A stretch of DNA of 64,000 bases. It comes from Octopus vulgaris. Taxonomy: Eukaryota. Shown piece by piece: positions 13,950-24,773 of this stretch; position 1 is the stretch's first letter; every line of letters begins with the position of its first letter. Under the pieces are notes generated by a model, which was given only the letters and a program-made list of their open reading frames with translations, was not told the DNA's origin and did not search any database. Position numbers and translations under genes: made by a program. The DNA lies in contig OX597815.1 of NCBI GenBank assembly GCA_951406725.2, positions 127,038,001 to 127,102,000 of the forward strand, written 5' to 3'.

Positions 13950-16030
13950 ATTGAATAAATCAAGCCTCCATCATTAGGGCAGAAAAGAGCTTACGTTTCA
14001 GATCATAATGCAGAGAAGTTCAAACATGGAATGATTAAATGTGGAGAGCAATAAGTATTAGAGAGAAGTAGGAGGGTCAATAGGGTAATAGGGACTGATA
14101 GGACAAGGAATGGTGGAAGGAGATAAGAGAGCTAGTTCAAGAAAAAGGAGGGGATTAATAATGAGGGTATTAAGGGAGGTGGTAGTAGAAGTGGAGAGTT
14201 GAGAGATGAGTGGGAGGAGTAGGATAGATAGTAATTGAAGGATGGTCAGTTGTTGGGTTTGTGTACAGGTGTTAAAGTTTAGGGATAATGGCTATTGAAT
14301 TATTGGAAGTTGAGAAAAGGGATAGCAATTACTTGAGGGAGGGAAAGTAGAGGGGAATTACTAAGGTATGTAGAAAAGTAGAAGAGAAGATAGGGTAGGT
14401 GGACAGAGTGGCAGGGTGAATTGGTGGTCAAGGTAGCAGTGGTTAGTACTATAAAGAAGGTATGTTGATGATGGAGAGGGAATACTGAAGTATACAGAGA
14501 TGTATGAAATTGAATAAAGGAAGGTGAATTGTGAGAGTGGAAGAGGTTGATAGGTAGTTGAGTGAGGCAGTTGTAAGTGCTTTTGGTTGAAGAGGAGAAA
14601 TGAGAGAGTGGGGAAAGAAAACGACTTGTGAGGATGGGGAGACCATGAGGGAGGTGGGATATGGTGGATAAGAGGAATTTGCAAAGGTAATCATGGGAAA
14701 GAATAATTTAGTAGAAAGAGTGGTATTAGTGGAGGGGATAAGTTGCTAGGCTGACCTAGTCATACCACAAGGTTAATTATAATTAAGGATAATCATAGTT
14801 ATGGAATTACATAGATTTAATAAAGTGGGCAAATGATGAGTAGAACCTGTGTTTATATGGGAGTATTACATCTGAGAATCTATTAAGTAATGAGGGGTTG
14901 TGCTAGTGAAGGATGGTTAGCAATTTGAACGTGATTTACAGATATCAAGGTTTGTGTTGTATGGGGGATCTTCTCTAGAATGAACCAGGATTGGGTGTAG
15001 GAAACATTTTGGGATTTGAGGTTGTGTATATAAGTTGCTAAAGAGGTAGATAATTTAGGATTTGAGTTGAAGAAATAGTTCATGTGGGTTCGGTAGCATC
15101 TCTTGAAATCAACAGTGCCACTGATATAGACCCTTGCTTGATTGGAGCATGGTATTATTACTTGACCATTGTAGACTACCTTTTTGTGCAGACAGAAACC
15201 TCCAAGAGGGCAGGGTTGTGACACCCAACAATTGCAAGTTTCTTGGCTTCTCTGCAGTTGGAGTTTACTGCTGGGGAGATCAGTTTCCTGTGGTACATTA
15301 CCAGTAAAGAAGAACTGGAAGTATAATTGGTGTCAGTGTTCGATTGGGAGGGGGTATCCTTGCTCGTATATGTGGTCATATGGGTAGTATTGTAGAGAGA
15401 AGCCCTGAGGTTGGTATTATTGTGTCAGGTGGGGTGCAGTAGGATAGATTGTAGGTTCTGAAGAGTGGAATCGTAGTTTGTGTTTGTTAGAGGATGTTAT
15501 GGATCCTAAATTAGGGGTGGTGGAATAGATTTTAAAGGTTGATTTGTTGAAGATAGAGATAGGATAGTATTTATGCCAAAGTGGGAAGTTAGAGTTTAGG
15601 ATTTTAAAGAAGAGTTTGGGTAGAGATTTAACTTGAAAGGAGAAAGGAGGTGCAAGCCATAGGATCTTGCACTTCCTGCCCTTAGAAGGTTTAAAGCATG
15701 TGCTTATAGTGGGTGAGTCTTGAAAGGGAGGTTTGTAATCATTATAGGTTGAGATGGCTGGTGGGGCTGTCAAGTGCGATACATAGAAAGTAGTTTTTGA
15801 GGACTGATGGTTTGTTGCTGAGTGGAAGAAAGATTGGTGGATTTGGGGATAGTATTAGGAAAGAGATGTGCAATTTTTGTTTTAAGTTTAGTGTTGGGGA
15901 TATAAGAAATCTTTTCATGGAAACCATTTATCTGTAGAGTCTGATTATAATATGGGGCATGATTATTAAAAATGTCTTCATTAGCAGATAAATTGGAGTT
16001 GGAGATTCTATAGGAAGTATACAATAAAGT
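13950..16030 (-). pseudogene. Degraded Penelope-like element (RT thumb, linker, GIY-YIG, pyrimidine-rich 3' region)
   Basis: RISNSNLSANEDIFNNHAPYYNQTL; RKCKILWLAPPFS; CPLGGFCLHKKVVY...VYISG...FKRCYRTH...STSLATYIHNLK...WFILEK. Confidence 0.85.
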
Positions 16031-16759
16031 AAAACATTAGGTGTGTCAGTACCCAGGTGTATGTAGTGATATGTGTTTGTGGTAAACAGGCACTAAGAGA
16101 TTTGCAACCAACTCATGTCCTCAAACTGGCAATGTGGTGCCTGCCTCACAGTGGGATGCATGAATGCTGGGACAGTTTAATGGCTTCTATTTAACTGCCT
16201 CTATGTGTGTGTGTGTGTGCACAAAGAACTGAGCATGAATGTGTGTATGCATATAAAGGACTGAAAGTGTGGGTATGGAAATAACTTTATCTGGGTACCG
16301 ACACAACTTATATTTTACTTTATTGTATTCTTCATTCTCGTTTTTCTTATCATTTTTCTTAATTAATCCCTGTCTGTATCTATAACTCTGCAACTGAATC
16401 TGTCCCTCACCATTCCTGCCCAACAACCTTAACCTATGGACACTAACAGCATGCTGTATTAAACCCAAGGGAAACAGTATTCATTTAACGATATACATCT
16501 TATTACATCAACAGGTTTACTATATTTTTATTCACTCAAATGTCTTGCTCGCATACAAATCAACATGCTGTAATGTAAGAATATTCTTTCATGGTTTTAG
16601 GCTTTGACTGCCATTTTTAGCATGAAAGAAATCCACATGGCGGTTTTCTCTCCGTGTATGTTTCATACTCTATTATATTAACTTATATATATAGAGAGAG
16701 AAATGATGGTAGTATGCTCCATTTGATGTGTAACATTAGCGCTCATATATGACAAAGTG

Positions 16760-17098
16760 CAAATGTATTGAGAGAAAATTGGGGCATAATAGGAATCAAA
16801 TGCAGCATGCAAGAGAGAAGACTACATTGGTTTGGACATGTGATGCATATGAATGAGTACAGCTTGTATAAAGAAGTGCCAATCACTGACAGTAGACGGC
16901 ACCCACAGAAGAGGGAGACTCAGGAAGATGTGGGATGAAGTGGTAAGGACCAATCTCAGGATGTTGGGCCTCATAGAGGAAATGACAATGGACCAAGATG
17001 TCTGGCAATATGAAGTTCTTGAGAAGTCCCACCTATGTCAGCAAAACTGAGTTCTTAAAGTGCAGACATTAAATGATGATACTGATGAATGATGATGA
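16760..17098 (+). mobile_element. Degraded RTE 3' fragment
   Basis: LHWFGHV...THRRGRLRKMWDEVV. Confidence 0.75.
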
Positions 17099-17111
17099 AG
17101 TATATAATACC

Positions 17112-17343
17112 AATAATTCTAGGATGGAATTTACAAATATTTAATATATTACTACATATGTTTCCACAAATCACACGATTTTGACATTAGGGTCATTATC
17201 CTTTGGATTAGTACAGTATATTACAGACTATATTGTAATCTTTTAATCCCATGGATACCGACTCTGATGTCAAAATCATGTGATCTGTGGAAACATGCAT
17301 AGTGATGTATTAAATATTTATAAATTCCATACTAGAATTATTG
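17112..17343. repeat. Foldback palindrome / MITE-like
   Basis: ~83-bp imperfect inverted arms plus an inner inverted segment. Confidence 0.85.
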
Positions 17344-18195
17344 TTATTATTATTATATTTATCCTAAATTATACTGGTATAACTATGATGCAACCCAAAA
17401 ATACTGACTCACTGGTCAGTATTGTTAAACGGTAGCTGGCATAATGAAATAGGAGCTTTATTTGCATATCTTTAACATTACCATAAACGAATTTAAAAGA
17501 TAAATATATATATATATCATCATCATCGTCATCGGTCATCAGTATCATCATTTAATATATATATATATATTGAGATGTAATTTCCTCGTTAGGGATTTTA
17601 TAATCCAGATATCAACTGGCATTTTCGATTTATATATTGAGAGAAAATTCTGCAGTATATAGAGATGACCTCATGTGTACCGTTGGCGATTTTTTTCCCT
17701 CCATCTTCCCTTCTCTGGATCTTTCCTTTTCCTATGTTTCTGACGAAGAGTGTCCAATAATACTATATTTGTTCCACGTCCTCGCGTTGTTGTGTTTTCT
17801 CTTGGTGTTTTCATGTTTGGATTAACCCAATATTTTATTATGTGATTTGGGTATATAAAACTACAGTCCTCATCTATCTTAGTTAGTTCGTTATTTACCA
17901 CTAATATGTAAACATTCATCTTTGCATGAGACTGCTCTGATTAAATCCTGATATAATGTGGGGTTCTTTTACATCTAATATGGTTCGAATTGTGATGATC
18001 TGAAACACTGTTCACTTTGTGGCCGGATTGAAACATGTGTAGGCTCTTCTGCTTATTTTTTTATGATTATTTTGATTCTTTAATCTTATATGCTTTACAT
18101 TGTTTGATATGTTTTTATTAAATAAGTATCCACTATATTTCTTCTCCATTTTCTTATATTAATATAATACTATATATATGTGTGTGTGTGTGTGT

Positions 18196-18286
<91 letters not shown>

Positions 18287-18289
18287 TAT

Positions 18290-18895
18290 ATGAGTACAGG
18301 ACATCACGAACTGTGGAAACAACATGAAATACATAAAAACAGGACAAGTAAACACAGAGAAAGGATGCTTCATCAGTTGTTGGTTGTTTATCTACTCCTC
18401 ATTTTGAGCATTCAGCGACAATATGAGTCTTCAAAGGCAGTTGCTCCCATAAATTCTAAAATAAAATTTAGGATTTAAGGAGGGTCAAAGTTGGGAACAA
18501 AAACAGGATAGTGGAGACATACAAAGAAACCAAATGAAAACATAGATGGAGGGTCGTTAGACCAGAATGAGAGGAAACTAGTGAATGCTGGGAGATATAT
18601 TTTCTTTGAAAAGAGAAAAGATAGAAGTGAGAGAAATAAAACATCTAGTCTTTTGAATGTACGCACAGGAAAAGAAAGATGGTCATGTGAGGAAAAGAAA
18701 AGATGGACAATGGTCATGTGTGAGGATTGAGAGAGAGAAAAAGAGAAAGAGGGAGAGAGAGAGGCAGATAGAAAATGGTGAAAGAAGGAGGGAGACAAAA
18801 TGAGAATTAGAGAAGGATGGAGGAAGAAAACAGTACAGAGTTGCAACAAAAAGGTGAAAATAAACTTACTTGGAAATGGATGCATGACATTCAAT
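18290..18895. repeat. Interspersed repeat, related copy at 8465-9190
   Basis: The same conserved blocks occur in the same order. Confidence 0.65.
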
Positions 18896-18896
18896 T

Positions 18897-18897
18897 A

Positions 18898-18967
<70 letters not shown>
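18897..18967. repeat. (AAT)n microsatellite, Dong target site
   Basis: Seen directly. Confidence 0.97.
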
Positions 18968-18975
<8 letters not shown>

Positions 18976-19076
18976 CCAGATTAACCATAGGACAAGCGAT
19001 TTGGTATACTGATTTAGTTTTCCTTTTAGTTTCCAAAAACATTTTGGTGCTACGATAATGTTATCATTTTTTAGCT

Positions 19077-21848
19077 TTGATTGGCTCGTGGGGAGACGGC
19101 CATCATTGCCGTTACAATTATAATCGTACCATTATAGCAGCCGTAGTCGGCTTATTATTGTTATTATCTTCACCATTACCATCACTATCATCATTATCAC
19201 CACCATTACCATCATCATTATCATCATCACCATCACCATCACCACCATCATCATCAAAATGTAAGCGGAACAAATGGACCCGAGAAGAGTATAAAGAAGT
19301 AATATACGCTTGTTACTATGCATTAGGTAGGCCATCTCAAGAGAGACACACCGCAAACTCTTACAGTATATGGAGAACACGGAATCAAGACAGTAGGCCC
19401 TATTTGGACGAGAACAAATTAGCAAATGTGAGGAGGGATATCTTTAGAAATAACAGACTCACAGACAGTGAAATAAGTGCGATCAAGCACGCAACGGAAA
19501 ATGACATAAATATAAGACACAAAGGAAATGAAGAATCAGATGAACAGTATAGCCCGCCACGAGGCTTAATTGAAAGACTGCCATCTGACCAAAGTACGCA
19601 AAGGCCTGAAGATACAAGAAATTCTATTGTACCTGTTAAAGATAGCCAGGAAAACGAAAAAACAACAGTAACTGAAGATCTCGCATTTGCTGAAGAACAC
19701 AGAGAGTCTATGGCAGAAATGAGACAGAAAATCCTGAATACGCTTGAAGTTGTAAGACATACAAGTATGAATGATAGAGAACCGCTTCATAAACTCTCAA
19801 ATACAAACCAAAATAAAAAACAAATCCAAATTGGCAACTATGTAACAAATGAAATAATACGAGAATTAAAACCTGATTTTACTGAGTTAAATGAAATTAT
19901 TTACGCTTCTGCTAGGACAATTGAAACCAGCTGTATGCCCCCGAAAAAACAAAGAAAACAAAACCTGGGAAGAAATCAAACCTGGAGAAGTAAAATTGAA
20001 AAAGAGATTGAATTTATGAGAGGGGAAATATCAATATTAAATGAACTAATATGTGGAAATGATGTAAGATCCAGAACAGGAAGAAAGATGAAGAGAAAAT
20101 TTGGATCCTCACCAAGAGAAGAACTGATATCAATAAAAGAAACGCTAAAACAAAAAGTCCAAGCAAAAGCCCAAAGAATACGAAGATTTGAGAAGAGAAA
20201 CAAGTTTTACAAGCAAAATAAGCTGTTCACATCCAATGCCAAAAAATTCTACAGAGAAATAGGGAAGGAGAAAGTAACCGTTAAAGACCCCCCTCCCATG
20301 GAAGAAGTTCAAAACTTTTGGGAAAGGATTTGGAGTGACAAGAAAACGTACAACATAAATGCAGACTGGATTATACAAACTGAAGGATCCTACCAAAATT
20401 TACAACAACAAGCATGGGAAGACATCACAATAGCAGACCTAAGAAAGGCACTCACGAAGGCCCATAATTGGAAATCCCCCGGTAAAGATAGGGTGCCGAA
20501 TTTCTGGCTCGCATCGCTCCCGTGCGCACACGGTAAGCTAGTTCAGCTGCTCAATGGAATTTTGAGAGACCCAAAGAAAACACCTGAATGGTTAGCAAGT
20601 GGCATTACTTACCTACTCCCAAAGAATAACGAAACCAACCTTCCAAAAAACTATCGGCCTATAACCTGTCTATCCACCGCGTATAAAATCCTAACATCTA
20701 TCCTGGTGGAGAAAACATATGCATTCATGGAGAAGAACGATATTTTCCCCATCGAACAAAAAGGGTGCCGCCGAGGCTCTTACGGATGCAAAGATCAACT
20801 GCTAATCAATCGTATGATCCTTGAGAACTGTCACAACAAGCGCAGAAATCTCAGCACCGCATGGATTGACTATAAAAAGGCCTTCGACAGTATACCGCAT
20901 CCATGGATTTTGAGATCGCTGGACATCTTTAAAATTTCCCCTGTGATTTCAAACTTCCTGAAGCACAATATGTCGTTGTGGAATACGAATCTCCAATTAT
21001 ACCACTCTAATGGAGTACGTGCCTCAGAAAATATAAACATCAACTGTGGAATTTTTCAAGGTGACTCACTTTCACCTCTAATATTCTGCATAGCCCTAAT
21101 ACCCCTTACAAGTGAATTAAACAGAACAGGGTATGGGTATAAAATTGCCAATAAAAAAATAAGCCATCTATTTTATATGGATGACTTAAAACTTTATGGT
21201 AAAGACAATAATGAACTTGAAGGCCTATTGCGCACCGTGAAAGCATTCAGCGATGACATCGGGATGGAGTTTGGACTTGAGAAGTGTGCCAAGGCCACTT
21301 TCCAGAAAGGGAAAGTGAAGACCACAAATTCAGTCGTGTTAGATGTTGACACAGTCATAAGAGAGCTTGAGCAAGAACAGACATACAAATATTTAGGGAT
21401 AAATGAAGGCTCTGGTATTCAGCATGCAAGCATGAAAGAGAAAATCAGGAAGGAATGTTATAGGAGAGTTCGTGCAGTCCTGAAATCTGAACTAAATGCA
21501 CGTAACAAGGTGTTAGCTATAAATTCCTTAGCAGTTCCAGTTGTTACTTATAGCTACAATGTGTTGAACTGGAATATGAGTGAAGTAAAGAATATAGATA
21601 GAAAAATACGCAAGCTGCTGAGTTGTAATAGGATGCACCACCCAAAGGCAGACGTAGATCGCCTTTACCTTCCCAGAGCCCAAGGAGGTCGAGGCCTGAT
21701 CCAATTTGAACTAGCTTACAAAACAACCACAATTGGACTGGCCAAATATCTCGAAATATCGAATGACTGGATGCTAAAGCTCGTGGAAAATCACGAGAGA
21801 CGAAAGAAGCTTCATTCTATCATCAAGGAAAGCAAAATTTGCTATTGA
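19077..21848 (+). CDS. Dong/R4 polyprotein part 1: N-terminal domain + reverse transcriptase
   Basis: Motifs NYRPITCL, WIDYKKAFDS, GIFQGDSLSP, HLFYMDDLKL, YKYLG, RLYLPRAQGGRGL. The annotated start is TTG. Confidence 0.92.
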   Translation: MIGSWGDGHHCRYNYNRTIIAAVVGLLLLLSSPLPSLSSLSPPLPSSLSSSPSPSPPSSSKCKRNKWTREEYKEVIYACYYALGRPSQERHTANSYSIWRTRNQDSRPYLDENKLANVRRDIFRNNRLTDSEISAIKHATENDINIRHKGNEESDEQYSPPRGLIERLPSDQSTQRPEDTRNSIVPVKDSQENEKTTVTEDLAFAEEHRESMAEMRQKILNTLEVVRHTSMNDREPLHKLSNTNQNKKQIQIGNYVTNEIIRELKPDFTELNEIIYASARTIETSCMPPKKQRKQNLGRNQTWRSKIEKEIEFMRGEISILNELICGNDVRSRTGRKMKRKFGSSPREELISIKETLKQKVQAKAQRIRRFEKRNKFYKQNKLFTSNAKKFYREIGKEKVTVKDPPPMEEVQNFWERIWSDKKTYNINADWIIQTEGSYQNLQQQAWEDITIADLRKALTKAHNWKSPGKDRVPNFWLASLPCAHGKLVQLLNGILRDPKKTPEWLASGITYLLPKNNETNLPKNYRPITCLSTAYKILTSILVEKTYAFMEKNDIFPIEQKGCRRGSYGCKDQLLINRMILENCHNKRRNLSTAWIDYKKAFDSIPHPWILRSLDIFKISPVISNFLKHNMSLWNTNLQLYHSNGVRASENININCGIFQGDSLSPLIFCIALIPLTSELNRTGYGYKIANKKISHLFYMDDLKLYGKDNNELEGLLRTVKAFSDDIGMEFGLEKCAKATFQKGKVKTTNSVVLDVDTVIRELEQEQTYKYLGINEGSGIQHASMKEKIRKECYRRVRAVLKSELNARNKVLAINSLAVPVVTYSYNVLNWNMSEVKNIDRKIRKLLSCNRMHHPKADVDRLYLPRAQGGRGLIQFELAYKTTTIGLAKYLEISNDWMLKLVENHERRKKLHSIIKESKICY

Positions 21849-21852
21849 TCTC

Positions 21853-22725
21853 GTGCAGGATACCCAAACTGAACAACCCGAGGGAAGTACGGCAACTATT
21901 GTTGCAAAGAAGGTGAAAATGATGGCAATGAAAAAAGCGCACGAGCAATTGGCTGATAGGTGGGAGGAGAAACCTCTGCACGGCAAATATGTGACCCGCA
22001 GCAAACAAGCTGATGTTGACCAGAAGCAAACCCATCAGTGGCTGCGGAGCTCAGGGCTAAAAGCAGAGAGCGAAGGTTTCATCCTGGCTGCTCAAGACCA
22101 AAGCCTATTAACCTGGAACTACCAGGCCAATGTGATGAAAAATGGAGCAAACCCAAAATGCCGATTCTGCAACGACATGATTGAAACAGTGGACCACCTA
22201 ATCTCTGGATGTAAAGTCTTAGCACCAGTGGCGTATAAATTAAGACATGACAGAGTTGGCCAATATCTCCACTGGCTAATAAGTCGGCATTACAATATCA
22301 AAACTGCCGACAAGTGGTATAATCACCACCCTGAGGCTGTAACTGAAGGAGAAAATGTAACCATTCTGTGGGACTTTCCAGTACATACAGACCGAACCAT
22401 CAAGGCCAATAAACCAGATATTGTTGTGAAAGACCAAAACAATAAAGTTTGCTTATTGATCGACATGAGCATCCCCTGTGATCATAATATCTCAGCGAAA
22501 GAGTTTGACAAGCTCAGAAAATATAAAGACCTACTCATTGAAATTGAGAAAATGTGGCATCTCAAGGCGGTTACAATACCAGTGATCGTAGGAGCACTAG
22601 GAATGATCAAGAAGGGAACCGAAAATTATATGAGAATGATCCCTGGCTTACCATCCCTGCAAGAAGTGCAAAAGATTGTCTTAACTGGTACATCACACGT
22701 ATTGAGAAGAGCATTGTCGATGTGA
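21853..22725 (+). CDS. Dong/R4 polyprotein part 2 (after frameshift): CCHC knuckle + PD-(D/E)xK restriction-like endonuclease
   Basis: CRFC...ETVDHLISGC, RHD, KPDIVV...LIDMSIP, KLRKYKDL; +1 frame relative to part 1 at the A-run near 21834-21837. Confidence 0.92.
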   Translation: MQDTQTEQPEGSTATIVAKKVKMMAMKKAHEQLADRWEEKPLHGKYVTRSKQADVDQKQTHQWLRSSGLKAESEGFILAAQDQSLLTWNYQANVMKNGANPKCRFCNDMIETVDHLISGCKVLAPVAYKLRHDRVGQYLHWLISRHYNIKTADKWYNHHPEAVTEGENVTILWDFPVHTDRTIKANKPDIVVKDQNNKVCLLIDMSIPCDHNISAKEFDKLRKYKDLLIEIEKMWHLKAVTIPVIVGALGMIKKGTENYMRMIPGLPSLQEVQKIVLTGTSHVLRRALSM

Positions 22726-22923
22726 GAACAGTTGCTGCTCATGTATTTTAATTTAACTTAAAAAAAAAAAAAAAAAAGAAATGAACGAACTACTGAGTTT
22801 GGTTTAATGGCCTACCAATATACACTATGAGTTTCTTTGCCCTAGGAGTCGGGAAGACACTCGGCAAGAAATGGAAGAAAATTTGAAAGAAGAAAAAAAA
22901 AAAGTAATAATAATAATAATAAT

Positions 22924-23215
22924 AAGGGAACCGAAAATTATATGAGAATGATCCCTGGCTTACCATCCCTGCAAGAAGTGCAAAAGATTGTCTTAACTGG
23001 TACATCACACGTATTGAGAAGAGCATTGTCGGTGTGAGAACTGTTGCTGCTCATGTATTTTAATTTAACTTTAAAAAAAAAATTTTTTTTAAATGAACGA
23101 ACTATTGAGTTTGGTTTAATGGCCTACCAATGTATACTATGAGTTTCTTTGCCCTAGGAGTCGGGAAGACACTCGGCAAGAAATGGAAGCAAATTTGAAA
23201 GAAGAAAAAAAAAAG
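22924..23215 (+). mobile_element. 5'-truncated second copy of the same Dong element (3' end only)
   Basis: Near-identical to 22612-22904 with several substitutions; flanked by (TAA)n on both sides. Confidence 0.9.
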
Positions 23216-23226
23216 TAATAATAATA

Positions 23227-23261
<35 letters not shown>

Positions 23262-24292
23262 TGTATGTATGTATGTATGTATGTATATATACATATATAT
23301 ATTCTATTTATTATTATTTAACTGAACATCACACATCCATTTTCCAAGTGTGTGCATATGTATATACATGATGGGTTTCTTTCAGTCATGTCATGAATGA
23401 CACTCACAAAAGCAGTGAAAGTTTTTCTTAAAAAAATGTTTTAATATATCATTTATTACAAAAGCACTCAACCTGTATAGAAAAAATTAACTCTACTTTC
23501 ATTTGGTATAATTATGTCCAAAGAAGAGTAATAATATATTACAAGTGAGTGGCACATAGTTTGTAGTTTTCATAATGTTGTACTAGTTTAATAAACTAAT
23601 TGGACATACCTGAGGTTATGTGTATATTTTCTTTATTGTATTATATAAAAGAAGTAAAATTATTGCTTTCTCCCTTCCTAGAGCTACTTTTTCTTTCTCA
23701 ATGATTAAACTGATTTGCAGTAAATACAAAAAAATTTTTTATTTCTTTTGCCTAAGGTCAGATAGTCATATTTAATCAGTTCTCTTCACTATTGCCATAA
23801 TTGGAATAATAAATGTTCCATTCCTTACAAGGAATTTATTCAAAGGGAATTATTTTACACAATCCATCATGCTCTTTTCTTTTCATTTATTATTGCTGTT
23901 TTTGTGTTCCCCTTGTTCTTGTTACAGCTATGTTGTTGTTGTTGTTGCTGTTGTTGTTGTGCTTTTCACTGTTGCTATTGACATTATTATTGCTATATTA
24001 GCTGGCAGAATTGTTAGCACACTGGGCGAAATGCTTCGCAGTATTTCATCTGAGTTCAAATTCCATCGAAGTCAACTTTGCCTTTCATTCTTTCAGGGTC
24101 AATAAATTAAGTACCAGTTGCGTACTGGGCTCGATCTAATCGACTGGCCTCCTCCCCAAAAATTTCGGGCCTTGTGCCTAGAGTAGAAAAGATTATTGCT
24201 GTCTTTGTGTTCCTCTTGTTCTAGTTACAGCTATGTTGCTGTTGTTGTTGTTGTTGTGCTTTTCATTGCTATTGACATTATTATTGCTATAT

Positions 24293-24540
24293 TAGGCCGG
24301 CAAGCTCGCAGAATTGTTAGCACACCAGGCGAAATGCTTAGTGGTATTTCGTCTGCCATTATGTTCTGAGTTCAAATTCCGCCAAGGTCAACTTTGCCTT
24401 TCATCCTTTCAGGTTGATTAAATAAGTACCAGTTATGCACTGGGGTCGTTGTAAATGACTTAATTCCTTTGTCTGCCCTTGTTTGTCCCCTCTACCTTTA
24501 GCCCCTTGAGGGCAATAATGAGATGAATAAAGAAATAATT
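24293..24540 (+). mobile_element. tRNA-derived SINE family A (related copies about 24000-24195, 26090-26305, 47385-47590(-), 54615-54770, 56910-57060)
   Basis: A-box-like TGGCAGAATTGTTAG, B-box-like GAGTTCAAATTCC, and shared core CTTTGCCTTTCATCC..AAGTACCAG..TGGGGTCGA. Confidence 0.8.
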
Positions 24541-24727
24541 ATTATTGCTATATTGTTGTCTTGTTCTCTTTGCAACGTTTATTGTTGTTGTTATTACTGT
24601 TGTAGTTTTTGTTGTTTTTGTTGTTGCCTCTGAAGTTATTGCTGTTGTTGTTGCTACGTTGTAGCTGTTCTTGTTGTTACTGCTGCTGCTGTAGTTGTTG
24701 TGATTGCTGCTTCTGTTGCTGCGGTTG

Positions 24728-24773
24728 TCTTCTTCTTCTTCTTCTTCTTCTTCTTCTTCTTCTTCTTCTTCTT
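24728..24773. repeat. (TTC)n microsatellite
   Basis: Seen directly. Confidence 0.97.

Larger units (their letters stand above)
18968..22904 (+). mobile_element. Near full-length R4/Dong-type non-LTR retrotransposon inserted in (TAA)n
   Basis: RT and RLE ORFs; (AAT)n at 18897-18967 upstream; A-rich tail and (TAA)n at about 22905-22924 downstream. Confidence 0.92.

Noticed and set aside
14040-14800. Purine-rich strand-biased tract, possible G-quadruplex/triplex element
   Set aside because: It lies within the 3' region of the Penelope-like remnant and shows no regular G-run pattern.
21830-21853. Programmed ribosomal frameshift between the RT and RLE ORFs
   Set aside because: R4/Dong elements encode a single ORF; a +1 shift at a short A-run is better explained by an indel or assembly error.
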